Position numbers and translations under genes: made by a program. A stretch of 64,000 nt of DNA from an uncultured Gammaproteobacteria bacterium (lineage in GTDB: Bacteria > Patescibacteriota > Microgenomatia > Levybacterales > GWA1-39-11), in contig CAYVFE010000001.1 of the NCBI GenBank assembly GCA_964450885.1, positions 160,489 to 224,488 on the forward strand, written 5' to 3'. The notes below the pieces were generated by a model. It was not told where the DNA came from. It saw nothing but the letters and a program-made list of their open reading frames with translations, and did no database searches. How positions within the stretch are numbered: the stretch's first letter is position 1; every line of letters begins with the position of its first letter. Positions 1 through 11,720 of this stretch are shown here, in pieces.

Positions 1-753
1 TTTCGCTGTGGTTTTTTAGGACTTTTACACGCACAGATTGTAGTTGAGAGAATAGAGCGAGAGTACAATGTAGATTCTTTTACGGCGCCACCAAGTATCG
101 TCTATAAAGTCGATGGCGAAGAGATAAGTAGCCCTAAGGATTTTGATATCTCAAAAAAAGATATAGCAGAACCGTATATTTTAGGTGAGATATATACGCC
201 GGTAAATTATCTAGGTAACATTCTGGAAATTATTTATTCGATGCGGGGTAAAGAAGGCGATATTGCTTATTTCGGGACTCAGGCAAGAGTAACCTTTGAG
301 ATGCCGATGGCCAGTATCGTCTATGATTTTTACGATAAATTGAAGTCGGCTTCAGCCGGATATGCATCGTTTGACTATGATCTTTTGGACTATCGAAGTT
401 CTGATTTGGAGAGAGTTGATATATCAGTCAACGACACAATAGTTCCTGAGCTTTCGTTTATTATCCATAAGACGCAGGTCGATAGTTTTGCAAGGAAGAT
501 CGTCAAGGCGCTTTCAGAGAGTATTCCAAAGCATAGTTTTCAGATAGCGGTCCGTGCACAAATTGGAGGAAAGATAATAGCATCAGAAAAAATCGGCGCC
601 TATATGAAGGACGTTACTGCAAAGCTTTACGGGGGAGACAGGACCAGGAAGGACAAGCTGCTGGATAAGCAAAAAGAAGGCAAGAAGAAGATGAAATCAA
701 TCGGTCGGGTAAACGTGCCTAAAGAAGCCTTTATGTCGGTTCTAAAGATATAG
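1..753 (+). CDS. lepA: Elongation factor 4 (LepA), 3' part; 5' end lies outside the window
   Basis: Frame 1 is open from base 1 (FRCGFLGLLHAQIVVERIEREY) and continues into FYDKLKS..GYASFDY and KDVTAKLYGGDRTRKDKLLDKQKEGKKKMK, the LepA C-terminal signature. Confidence 0.97.
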   Translation, partial: FRCGFLGLLHAQIVVERIEREYNVDSFTAPPSIVYKVDGEEISSPKDFDISKKDIAEPYILGEIYTPVNYLGNILEIIYSMRGKEGDIAYFGTQARVTFEMPMASIVYDFYDKLKSASAGYASFDYDLLDYRSSDLERVDISVNDTIVPELSFIIHKTQVDSFARKIVKALSESIPKHSFQIAVRAQIGGKIIASEKIGAYMKDVTAKLYGGDRTRKDKLLDKQKEGKKKMKSIGRVNVPKEAFMSVLKI

Positions 754-1932
754 CTATAAGGCAATAAGCGCAAGTCCTCCCAGTACTATAAGAAGAAGAC
801 CTCCTATGATTATCGCTGTTGTCTCAATTCCGCCAGGATTTTCGATGGTTGGAGTTGGGGTATAGGTTGCAGTTGGTGCTATTCCGCTACCAGGTGCCTG
901 AGTAGGCTCTTCTACAACACTTTGATCTGAGACGGTTATGGTCTTTGTGCAAGAGCTACTTACGGCTCCGCTATTGTCAGTGAATACGACAGACGCATCA
1001 TATGTGCCGGCACTTTGATATGTGTGGGGGAGCTCTGTTGTTACAGATGCTGTTCCTAATCCTTCAGTTACATCTTGGACAACATTATCTCCGAAATTGA
1101 ACGTCGCTTTGATAATAGTGCCATCAGAATCTGATCCCTGCGAAGTAAGTGTTAACACGAAAGGAGCTGTTCCTGAGTCGGATGGAGACGAGACCAGGGT
1201 CGAGCAGACAGGCGACACGTTGGCGGCCCCTGTTGTTGGTGAAATAGTAGTAGTTATAGAAGGTGTTGTCGATGGATCTTCCCCACCTGTCCCGTCGGTA
1301 GGACTTGGAGACGGAGATGTCGATGGAGACGGAGAGGTTGATGGTTCAGTTTCTGTTTCCCCATCTGCGCACGCTTCACTTATGGTGACCTGTGCTTGAC
1401 TACCGCTCAAAAATACATTTTCTGTGTCAGCATCATTATTCGATAACGAGAATACTCTGGTTTTGGAGCTATCTATAGTTATGGTCGCATTGTCATCCCC
1501 AGTTCCCGCGACTGGAATTATGGTGATAGTGGCTATGTCAACTGGCGTTTTGATTGCGTCGGTAACACTCGATCCGATATTGAGTACTATGCTTGCTTGA
1601 CCATTTGATTTATTGAAAGCCCTAAGAATTTCTTTAAATACAGTAGTATTAGGGGTTAGTTCGATGTCAAATTTAGTTGAGTCATAAGTTAGGAATAGTT
1701 CTACGGTCGATACTATATTTTCACCCGGGTCGAGCTTCAGTGTGGTCGTTTGCTCGCTGCATTCATTTTCTCCAAAATTAACTGTTTGTGGTGAAAAGCT
1801 GATAGTTGTTGTCGGGGATGCTTTTGACCTTACGTCCTGCTGGCGGCTTATGAAAAATAGCGTTAATGGAATTACAGCAAGAAGAAGCGCAATATTTCCA
1901 AGTATAAAATACTTATTTTTCAAAATTTTCAT
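754..1932 (-). CDS. Surface protein: N-terminal TM, cohesin-like beta domain, S/T/P linker, PKD domain, C-terminal TM
   Basis: N-terminal hydrophobic segment then QQDVRSKAS; beta-rich domain (VSTVELFLTYDSTKF); PSTSPSPST linker; PKD-like FNFGD..HTYQSAGTY; C-terminal hydrophobic helix. Confidence 0.75.
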   Translation of the reverse strand: MKILKNKYFILGNIALLLAVIPLTLFFISRQQDVRSKASPTTTISFSPQTVNFGENECSEQTTTLKLDPGENIVSTVELFLTYDSTKFDIELTPNTTVFKEILRAFNKSNGQASIVLNIGSSVTDAIKTPVDIATITIIPVAGTGDDNATITIDSSKTRVFSLSNNDADTENVFLSGSQAQVTISEACADGETETEPSTSPSPSTSPSPSPTDGTGGEDPSTTPSITTTISPTTGAANVSPVCSTLVSSPSDSGTAPFVLTLTSQGSDSDGTIIKATFNFGDNVVQDVTEGLGTASVTTELPHTYQSAGTYDASVVFTDNSGAVSSSCTKTITVSDQSVVEEPTQAPGSGIAPTATYTPTPTIENPGGIETTAIIIGGLLLIVLGGLALIAL

Positions 1933-2010
1933 CTACTTTCAAGCGTACTCATTATGGAGATTAAAGTCAATATAATTTTGTTCCTTATGAGTCTAAAATT
2001 AGCAGATGTA

Positions 2011-2039
2011 TTGACAAACTGACAGCTCTGTTGTAAACT
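2011..2039 (+). promoter_or_regulatory. sigma70-type promoter of groES-groEL
   Basis: TTGACA (2011-2016), 17 bp, TAAACT (2034-2039). Confidence 0.7.
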
Positions 2040-2084
2040 TTTTTCCTAATTGGTTAGAGAGAAAAAGTAATTTACACTGATAAT

Positions 2085-4065
<1,981 letters not shown>

Positions 4066-4109
4066 TCTCAAATATATACTTCATTAATTTTCCCTTATAA
4101 TACAACCAT

Positions 4110-4931
4110 ATGGTTGATGTTCATTGTCATCTCAATCTTCATAAGTTTGATGAGGATTATGATGACGTAATAAAAGAGGCCCTTTCTAAGGGTGTAAATA
4201 CAATAGTAAATACAGGGACTTCTATACCATCGTCTCGAAAAGCGGTAGAGCTTGCCCAAAAGTACGATAGTCTTTATGCGATAGTCGGAATCCATCCGCA
4301 TCATGCAGATAAGACTGATGTGGAATTTGAGGGAGAGCTTCATGAGGATTGGCTACAAGAGCTGGAAAAAATTGCTAGGTCTTCAAAAAAAGTTATCGGA
4401 ATAGGCGAAATAGGAATGGATTATTTTTCCTATAAATCTAATGGAATAGTTGAACGTCAACTACAAGAGGATGCATTTCGAAAACAGATAGAACTTTCTA
4501 TTAAATTAAACCTGCCTTTACAAATTCACAATCGTCTTGCTTGGGATGATACATTAAATATTCTCCTTGAATATAAAAGCAGGCTCCAAAATCCTCTTGG
4601 AATGTTCCATTGTTATTCCGGATCCATAGAGTTTACCCGAAAGGTCCTTTCTGCCGGATTCTATCTGGGATTTGATGGAAACGTAACATATAAAGGACTT
4701 CCGCCAAAGGAGGACACAGCACTGGTCGATTTGTTAAGATATGTGCCTGTTGATAGGATACTTACAGAGACTGATAGTCCATTTCTTGCGCCGGAGCCGC
4801 TTCGGGGAAGACGAAATACACCAGCAAATATTCCTGTGATACTTGAATTTATTGCAAAGGAAAAAGGTATTACCTATAATAAACTGGAGCTACAAATAGA
4901 CAACAATTTTAGAGAAGTTTTTTCCATTTAA
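4110..4931 (+). CDS. tatD: TatD-family metal-dependent DNase
   Basis: DVHCH, GIHPH, IGEIGMDY, IH, HCYSG, ETDSPFLAP motifs. Confidence 0.95.
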   Translation: MVDVHCHLNLHKFDEDYDDVIKEALSKGVNTIVNTGTSIPSSRKAVELAQKYDSLYAIVGIHPHHADKTDVEFEGELHEDWLQELEKIARSSKKVIGIGEIGMDYFSYKSNGIVERQLQEDAFRKQIELSIKLNLPLQIHNRLAWDDTLNILLEYKSRLQNPLGMFHCYSGSIEFTRKVLSAGFYLGFDGNVTYKGLPPKEDTALVDLLRYVPVDRILTETDSPFLAPEPLRGRRNTPANIPVILEFIAKEKGITYNKLELQIDNNFREVFSI

Positions 4932-4932
4932 C

Positions 4933-6432
4933 ATGCATGGCACATTTGAAAAATTTTTTACCCGCTACCCAAATAAGTCAAAGAGATTGCTTGAGATAAT
5001 CCCACCTTTGATCGGGCTTTTTTTGGTTACGTTGCCTTTTTGGGGATCGCTTATATTCCCCGTACAGCTTGCCTATTTCATAATTTTTTTCAACGTCTAC
5101 TGGCTTTATAAGTCTGCGAACTTGGCGGTTACGTCGTGGATCGCTTCCAGAAAGATTCATGAAGCTGAGAAAAAGGATTGGTTAGGTGAGGCAGAAAAAC
5201 TCAAGAATTATGATAAGGTAAATCATCTGATCGTAATCCCTAGCTACAAAGAAACATCTGAGAAGATCAGACTCACTCTCGAAAGTATCAAGAATCAGAC
5301 ATTTCCAAAAGACAGGATGTTTATATATCTTGCGTTAGAAGAAAGAGAAGAAAATGTTAAGGAGAAGGTGATGGGACTTAAAAAAGAGTATGAGAAGATT
5401 TTTGGTGGATTCTACTACACTTTGCATCCTGATCTTCCACACGAAGTTAAAGGAAAGTCCTCAAATCAGGCATTTGCAGCAAGAGATGCTTATAAAGAGC
5501 TTGTGGAAAGGAAGAAGCTTGATATAGATTATATGACTGTTTCGTCAGTTGATGCGGACGTGCTATTTGACAGGCAGTTTTATTCGTACCTTGCACATTC
5601 TTTCTTGACATCTTCTGATCCTCATTATGCCTTTTGGCAATCGGCGAATGTGAACTATAATAATTTCTGGAAAGTCCCGTCATTTACCAGAATCATTTCT
5701 TTTTTTGGAAGTTTGTGGAGAACGTCGATTTTGGTCCAGCACGTGAGGCTAATTCCAAACTCCGTCTATTCGCTTTCGTTCAAACTTTTACATAATCTTG
5801 ATTATTGGGATACAGATGTAATTCCAGAGGATTATAGAATATTTTTCAAAGCGTATTTTAAGACCAAAGGTAGAGTAACGGTAGAGCCAATTTTCCTAAA
5901 AACCTCTATGGATGCGGCTGAGTCCAATTCTTATGTCAGGAGTCTGATGAATAAATACCATCAGGAGAGGCGCTGGTCATGGGGAATTGCTGACGACGCA
6001 CTCTATATCAGATGGTATCTTACGATAAAAGGTGTGCCTTTCGTAAAAAAAACTCTTCTAGTCGCAAATGTAGTTATGGATCATATCCTTTGGCCTGTTA
6101 ATTGGTTTTTCATAACGGTCTCTGCAAATGCAGTAGTCATCCTAAATCCAGTCTTTTCAAGAACCAATTTAGGATACACGCTACCTCAGCTTTCAGGATT
6201 TATATTGACACTTTGTCTGGTTTCTTTAGTGGGGATGATATATGTTGACTATACGATGAGGTCCCGCAGTGTTTTTGCGAAGCAATCAAAAATCAGACAG
6301 CTTCTATTTCCGCTCGAGTTTGCGTTTATGCCGATCGGAGGTTTCTTGCTTTCTGCTCTTCCTGCTTTGATCACTCAAATTCAGCTTATAAGCGGGAAAC
6401 GAATGGAATATAAGGTAACCGACAAAGTATAG
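4933..6432 (+). CDS. Membrane-bound GT2 family glycosyltransferase
   Basis: IPSYKE, GKSSN, VDAD, PEDY and QERRW (QxxRW-like) motifs; flanking TM helices. Confidence 0.88.
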   Translation: MHGTFEKFFTRYPNKSKRLLEIIPPLIGLFLVTLPFWGSLIFPVQLAYFIIFFNVYWLYKSANLAVTSWIASRKIHEAEKKDWLGEAEKLKNYDKVNHLIVIPSYKETSEKIRLTLESIKNQTFPKDRMFIYLALEEREENVKEKVMGLKKEYEKIFGGFYYTLHPDLPHEVKGKSSNQAFAARDAYKELVERKKLDIDYMTVSSVDADVLFDRQFYSYLAHSFLTSSDPHYAFWQSANVNYNNFWKVPSFTRIISFFGSLWRTSILVQHVRLIPNSVYSLSFKLLHNLDYWDTDVIPEDYRIFFKAYFKTKGRVTVEPIFLKTSMDAAESNSYVRSLMNKYHQERRWSWGIADDALYIRWYLTIKGVPFVKKTLLVANVVMDHILWPVNWFFITVSANAVVILNPVFSRTNLGYTLPQLSGFILTLCLVSLVGMIYVDYTMRSRSVFAKQSKIRQLLFPLEFAFMPIGGFLLSALPALITQIQLISGKRMEYKVTDKV

Positions 6433-6434
6433 GT

Positions 6435-7922
6435 ATGAAGTACCCAAGTTTTTTCAGAAAAGAGATAAAATTCTATAAAGATGCATGGATCCTTGTTATA
6501 TTAGTCCTGGTTTTTATACTTTTAAGAATGCCATCTCTTGTTGAGCCACACTGGTATGGAGATGAAGGAATATATCAAGTCATAGGAAAAGCGCTCACCT
6601 CAGGCAGGATATTGTATCAAGATATATGGGACAACAAACCTCCGATACTTTATTTTATCTACGCTCTATTTAACGGTGACCAATTTCTGACAAGAGCCTT
6701 TTCGCTTTTGGTTGGAGTATTTTCTGTCGTATCTTTTTATTCTCTTGCAAAAATGCTTTTTGAGAAAAGCAAAAGTATAATTATCGCAACATCTATATAT
6801 GTAATTTTTCTGGGGAGCCCGATTATTGAAGGAAATATTGCTAACGCAGAAAATTTCATGCACCTGCCTATAGTTCTTTCTGCGATTTTTGTCCTAAAAT
6901 TCCACAAAGGAAAAAGACTAAGGTATTTATTCATAGCGGGACTGTTGTTGTCTATAGCATTTATGACAAAAATAGTTGCAATATTCGAGTTCTTAGCATT
7001 TTTGGTTTTCATTTTCGTCGTCCACAAAGAGCATCTTTTTAACGGAAAATTAAAAGATTTGGTGGATTTTGCTAAGTACAGAAAAGAGGCTTTATATATT
7101 TCAGGTTTTTTGATATTTCCTATAATTTTTTCTCTGTATTTTGTAGTAGTCGGTGCATTCCCCGATTTTTTATCTGGGGTATTATCTGAGAATATCGACT
7201 ATGTTGGAGTTGAGAATAGTTTTATCTTTCCTATGGGGATATTGCTTTTTAAGGCTATTGTCGCCTTGGTTTTGCTTTCAATTCTTTTGTACAAGCGGAA
7301 AAGCTTCTCGGATAAAAATCTATTTTTGTACCTTTGGTTGATATTTGCGATGTTCAGTACATTTTTCTCTCAGAGGCCATATCTTCACTATATGTTAATG
7401 CTTTCTTTGCCTTTTGCGTTTTTTGTAGGCAGTATTTTTGAGACTTCAAAAAATCGGGTATTAAAGATAGTTGCTGTACTAGCTATCGCGATAATTGTCT
7501 ATATGAACTTTGGTATATATAAGAAAAATATAGCGTATTACCAAAACTACATAGCATTCATGCTCTTTGACAAGAAGATAGATGACTATAGATCTTTTTT
7601 TGATAGTAATACTTTGAGGGATTATGAACTTGCGCGTTTCATTGGTAGTTTTGCCAATGGAAAAGATGAAGATGTGTTTTTATGGAGCGATAGCGGACAG
7701 ATATATGCGCTTTCCGATACTTTACCTCCCGGTAAATATATTGTTGCTTACCACATTACATATTATAATAACGCAGTGACTTATATGATGGATCAGGTCG
7801 AAAAGACAGAGCCGAAATATATAATACAGACCAAAGAGTCTCCGGAATTCAGAAAATTCCTTCCTTCGTATATATTAAAATATAAAATAAAGGATGCAAG
7901 TATTTATGAAAGGGAGAATTAA
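6435..7922 (+). CDS. GT-C fold glycosyltransferase (ArnT/PMT-like)
   Basis: WYGDEGIY and WDNKPP in the first external loop, many TM segments, soluble C-terminal domain. Confidence 0.8.
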   Translation: MKYPSFFRKEIKFYKDAWILVILVLVFILLRMPSLVEPHWYGDEGIYQVIGKALTSGRILYQDIWDNKPPILYFIYALFNGDQFLTRAFSLLVGVFSVVSFYSLAKMLFEKSKSIIIATSIYVIFLGSPIIEGNIANAENFMHLPIVLSAIFVLKFHKGKRLRYLFIAGLLLSIAFMTKIVAIFEFLAFLVFIFVVHKEHLFNGKLKDLVDFAKYRKEALYISGFLIFPIIFSLYFVVVGAFPDFLSGVLSENIDYVGVENSFIFPMGILLFKAIVALVLLSILLYKRKSFSDKNLFLYLWLIFAMFSTFFSQRPYLHYMLMLSLPFAFFVGSIFETSKNRVLKIVAVLAIAIIVYMNFGIYKKNIAYYQNYIAFMLFDKKIDDYRSFFDSNTLRDYELARFIGSFANGKDEDVFLWSDSGQIYALSDTLPPGKYIVAYHITYYNNAVTYMMDQVEKTEPKYIIQTKESPEFRKFLPSYILKYKIKDASIYEREN

Positions 7923-8259
7923 ATTTTTATACAAAGATAGATTTATTTTATATTCATTTATCTTAACTGTTATTTTTACTATTCTATTTAGTCTTTCTGT
8001 AGTTTTTTCCTATACTAGTTTGCCGCCGCTTGTCCCGATTTTCAGCAGTATGCCTTGGGGGATGAGGAGGCTATATTCTTCAGAAATAATAATTTTCTTG
8101 CCGCTTATTATAATTTCGGTTGTTATAGTAAATATTTCTATCGCTGCTGTAATATATAAAAAATTTACCCTTCTAAGCCGTGTAATTTCATTTAATACAT
8201 TTTTGTTTTGTCTGCTCGCGACACTTGCATATTTACAGATATTATTCCTAATTTATTAA
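7906..8259 (+). CDS. Small 3-TM membrane protein (DUF1648-like)
   Basis: LPPLVPIFSS.PWG loop between TM1 and TM2; overlaps both neighbours; start placed at ATG 7906. Confidence 0.6.
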   Translation: MKGRIKFLYKDRFILYSFILTVIFTILFSLSVVFSYTSLPPLVPIFSSMPWGMRRLYSSEIIIFLPLIIISVVIVNISIAAVIYKKFTLLSRVISFNTFLFCLLATLAYLQILFLIY

Positions 8260-9320
8260 TGGAGACAATCTACTTACTTTCTTTTGGTCTGACATTCCTT
8301 TTGACTGTAGTTTTGATTCCGCCCACGATAATACTTGCCATAAGATTTGGGATGGTTGATGATCCCAAAAAGCATAAGCATCCTGCAATCCTTCATAAAA
8401 GAACTATTCCCCGCGCAGGTGGAGTGCCTATATTTATAGCGATTGCAGTTGTTGCGCTGATTTTATTACCAAAAACAACTCTTAATATGTCTATCATTGC
8501 GGCTTCGTTTATTACGATCGTAACCGGAATCCTGGATGACAAATATGATCTTTCTCCCTATATAAGATTTATGGTGAATATATTTTGTGCATTGATCGTA
8601 GTATTTGCGGGTGTGTCTATTCCTTTCATAACGAATCCATTAGGAGGGATTTTGTATTTTGATAAGTTCTTGATTTTTTCACTATGGGGCTTTGACTTTA
8701 CTGTAGCGTCAGCGCTTGCAGTTATGTGGATTGTTTGGGTTATGAATATGCTCAACTGGAGTAAGGGAGTTGATGGACAGATGCCTGGAATTGCCGCAAT
8801 CTCAGCGATCATTATCGGGCTAGCCTCATTGAGATTTGTACCGATAGAGACAATAAATATCGAGACTGCACAATTCTCTTTTATGGTTGCTGGCGCAGCT
8901 CTTGGATTTTTGGTCTTCAATTTCTATCCTGCGAGAATTTTCCCAGGATATAGCGCAACGGTTCTGGGATTTTTACTGGGAGTATTATCTATCACCTCAG
9001 GTGTGAAGCTTGCGACAGCGGTGCTGGTAATGGGAGTGCCGACAGTTGACGCTATATTTACGATAATACGAAGGGTAATCTCAAAAAAATCTCCATTTTG
9101 GCATGACAAAGGTCATTTGCATCATCTGCTTTTAAAATACGGTCTTTCACATAGAAAAATCGCACTCTTCTATTGGTCGATGTCTCTTATCTTAGGATTG
9201 GTGGCACTTAGCTCATCAAGTTGGGGTAAGTTATTTGCTATAATTCTACTAATTGTCTTATTTAGTGGGCTTTTCTTTACATTAAAGTTCATAACCAAAA
9301 AAGAAAACGAATATGAATAA
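8259..9320 (+). CDS. WecA/TagO-like polyprenyl-phosphate GlcNAc-1-P transferase (MraY family)
   Basis: PRAGG, GILDDK, NMLNWSKGVDG, FNFYPARIF, HLHH motifs; start placed at ATG 8259, overlapping the upstream stop. Confidence 0.88.
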   Translation: METIYLLSFGLTFLLTVVLIPPTIILAIRFGMVDDPKKHKHPAILHKRTIPRAGGVPIFIAIAVVALILLPKTTLNMSIIAASFITIVTGILDDKYDLSPYIRFMVNIFCALIVVFAGVSIPFITNPLGGILYFDKFLIFSLWGFDFTVASALAVMWIVWVMNMLNWSKGVDGQMPGIAAISAIIIGLASLRFVPIETINIETAQFSFMVAGAALGFLVFNFYPARIFPGYSATVLGFLLGVLSITSGVKLATAVLVMGVPTVDAIFTIIRRVISKKSPFWHDKGHLHHLLLKYGLSHRKIALFYWSMSLILGLVALSSSSWGKLFAIILLIVLFSGLFFTLKFITKKENEYE

Positions 9321-10260
9321 CAATACTTATTATTTATTCAAACTCCTCAGGCCTAGACAGTGGACTAAGAATCTTGCATTATTTGCAGCGATAACCTTTT
9401 CAGGACAGTTGTTTAATTTAGATTCGTTGTGGCAGGTATTTTTGGGTTTTATAGCATTTTGCCTTCTATCATCATCTACTTATATCGTAAATGATCTACT
9501 CGACGTTCATAAAGATAGGCTCCATCCTTTTAAGAGAAACAGGCCTATCGCAAGCGGCAGGGTTAGTGTAAATCAAGCTTTGATTCTGCTTACATTTACG
9601 CTTGGTGTAGCACTTATTTCATCTTTCTACCTAAACTGGATATTTTTTATGATTGCAGTAATCTATTTGGTTCTGCAGATGCTGTATTCACTATTTTTCA
9701 AGTCGATCGCTGTTTTTGATATTCTATTTATAGCAACGGGTTATATTCTGAGAATTCTTGCCGGAGCATCTATCGCAAATTTTCATATTTCTGTCTGGCT
9801 CCTTTTGACAACAGTCTCTCTCTCACTTTTTCTAGCGACCGGAAAAAGACGTTCAGAGTTAACGCTCCTTCAAAATGTTAAGAAGATTAGGGTTGATGAA
9901 ATAAGAAAAAGTCTATCTCATTATTCGGAGCCACTTCTAGACTCCTTCTCTGTAATATTTGCTACATCTACCTTTATTTTCTATACTATGTTTACTTTTC
10001 TAGCAAATCCTACAGGGCTCCAGATCCAGATAGATGTATTACTTCCGGAATTTCTTCCATTTGAGCTTTTAAAAAGAAAATGGCTCATGATAACGATAAT
10101 TCCAGTGATTTATGGAATTATGCGGTATCTTCAGGACATATATGAGAAGAAGGAAGGAGAAAGTCCTGACAAAGTTCTTCTGTCCGACAAGTCACTACTG
10201 GGCGCCGTCATCCTATGGGCATTTTTGGTAGTTTTTATAATATACGTTCTAGGTGGTTAG
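9313..10260 (+). CDS. UbiA-family decaprenyl-phosphate phosphoribosyltransferase-like protein
   Basis: LRPRQWTKN, YIVNDLLD..KDRLHP.KR.RPIASG, GKRRSE motifs. Confidence 0.85.
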   Translation: MNNNTYYLFKLLRPRQWTKNLALFAAITFSGQLFNLDSLWQVFLGFIAFCLLSSSTYIVNDLLDVHKDRLHPFKRNRPIASGRVSVNQALILLTFTLGVALISSFYLNWIFFMIAVIYLVLQMLYSLFFKSIAVFDILFIATGYILRILAGASIANFHISVWLLLTTVSLSLFLATGKRRSELTLLQNVKKIRVDEIRKSLSHYSEPLLDSFSVIFATSTFIFYTMFTFLANPTGLQIQIDVLLPEFLPFELLKRKWLMITIIPVIYGIMRYLQDIYEKKEGESPDKVLLSDKSLLGAVILWAFLVVFIIYVLGG

Positions 10261-11135
10261 TTTATTTGAGCAAAATCGCTGCTGATAAATCCTGAAGTAG
10301 TATCATCTACTTGGATTTCGTACCATCCCGAGGCTTCACTTAGAACATCATAAGTTTCGCCACTATTTACCCGTGTCACCTCAGGAAAGTTCGTTCCAGC
10401 ACCACTTCGGACTCTTAAAAATCCATTTGGTGTTTGAGAAATCGTGAGGGTTTTCTCTTCATTTTCTATCTCTTCGAGGTCTTCATCGGTGGTAGGCTCT
10501 TCATCCGGGGATGCTTTTTCACTTTCGGAAATATCCTCTGATGCTTCTTGACCTCCCTGCGTTCCTAAGTATGCTTCGATTACAAGTCTATGATTTTCAA
10601 TCATTTGTATTTGCATAGTTTTTTCCTGAAAACCATTTTTGCTTATTCTTAGCTCATGTTCGGATGCAGAAAGATCGCTTGTCTGAAATGGGGTCGCGCC
10701 TTTCGCGGCGCTGTCGAGGGTCACTATTGCGTTATCGGGTAGTGTAGTTATAACAAGCTCGGGTTTTTCTGAGTTGATTTTCTCAAGAGTTAATATAGAA
10801 GCACTGGCATATGCGCCAGGTAAAAAAGTTCTTTCTACGGCTGTTAGTACTCCTCCATTGATCTTTACCTTCGTGCTGAAGGCTGCAAGACTTGAATCCT
10901 CAGGTTCTATTCGAAGATCGTACGTACCTGCTGCGATGGTTTCGTTTTCCGTGCATTTGCAAAGAGGGGCAGTTCCTATCTCTGTTCCGTTTAGAAAAAC
11001 TTTACCCTTTATATTTGTCGTTATTTGCAAAGCTCCTTTGCCTGGAGTCTTGAAGGAATCAAGGACCTTTACGAACAAAAATAGACCAGCAGTTATGAGT
11101 AATATCGCAAGTATAAAAAGAAGCTTTCTTACCAT
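10257..11135 (-). CDS. Membrane-anchored protein with two PEGA domains and a C-terminal bacterial SH3 domain
   Basis: GALQITT..VFLNG..IGTAP and ITTLPDNA.V.LD...G.TP repeats; acidic linker; LRVRSGAGTNF..GWYEI..GFISS. Confidence 0.82.
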   Translation of the reverse strand: MVRKLLFILAILLITAGLFLFVKVLDSFKTPGKGALQITTNIKGKVFLNGTEIGTAPLCKCTENETIAAGTYDLRIEPEDSSLAAFSTKVKINGGVLTAVERTFLPGAYASASILTLEKINSEKPELVITTLPDNAIVTLDSAAKGATPFQTSDLSASEHELRISKNGFQEKTMQIQMIENHRLVIEAYLGTQGGQEASEDISESEKASPDEEPTTDEDLEEIENEEKTLTISQTPNGFLRVRSGAGTNFPEVTRVNSGETYDVLSEASGWYEIQVDDTTSGFISSDFAQIN

Positions 11136-11163
11136 GAGGTAATGATATCAGAAGGTAAAACTA

Positions 11164-11198
11164 TTGACAAATTAGCAGTCAATATGATAGAGTGCTAA
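11164..11198 (+). promoter_or_regulatory. hsp20 promoter overlapped by a CIRCE (HrcA operator)
   Basis: TTGACA 11164-11169; TTAGCAGTC-N9-GAGTGCTAA 11172-11198 (one mismatch to CIRCE); TGaTAGAGT extended -10 inside it. Confidence 0.9.
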
Positions 11199-11230
11199 TA
11201 TAAATTAAGAAAGATTGGAGGTGAGAAACT

Positions 11231-11668
11231 ATGGCAATAATTAGATGGAATCCTTGGAATATAGACCGTTTTTTTGAAGACGATTGGGATATGCCTACAG
11301 TTCCTGGTATTTCAAAGCTTATGGGACAGGGTCTAAACCTTTATGAGACAGAGGACGCGATAGTTGCAGAAGCTGCGCTTCCTGGTATCCCAGAGGATAA
11401 GATAGACGTGACATTTGAAAATGGCGTAGTTAGGGTTAGCGGAAGCGCTGAGGAGAAACAGGAAGAAAAGGAAAAGAGACGCTATTTTATGTCATCGATG
11501 GCAACTTCATATAATTACTCATTTAGAGTTCCAGAGGGAATCGTAAGTGATGGTGAACCTGAGGCAGAGATAGACGATGGGATACTAAGACTCACATTCA
11601 AAAAAGCCCAGAAAAAAGAACCAAAGAAAATAAAGATTACTAAAAAACTCAAGGTAGAGAATAAATAG
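11231..11668 (+). CDS. Small heat-shock protein (Hsp20/alpha-crystallin)
   Basis: NLYETED..V.A.LPG..ED.IDV, DGILRLTFKK, C-terminal KIKI (IxI); SD GGAGGTGA at 11217-11224. Confidence 0.93.
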   Translation: MAIIRWNPWNIDRFFEDDWDMPTVPGISKLMGQGLNLYETEDAIVAEAALPGIPEDKIDVTFENGVVRVSGSAEEKQEEKEKRRYFMSSMATSYNYSFRVPEGIVSDGEPEAEIDDGILRLTFKKAQKKEPKKIKITKKLKVENK

Positions 11669-11684
11669 TTCTTTGGGAATCTTT

Positions 11685-11720
11685 GAAAGCTCCTGCTTTT
11701 GCGCGGGAGCTTTCTATTTT
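11685..11720. terminator. Intrinsic terminator between convergent hsp20 and metG
   Basis: GAAAGCTCC...GGAGCTTTC stem followed by TATTTT. Confidence 0.7.

Noticed and set aside
1999-2025. Complete CIRCE upstream of groES
   Set aside because: Only the left arm is present; the right-arm position reads AACTGACAG.
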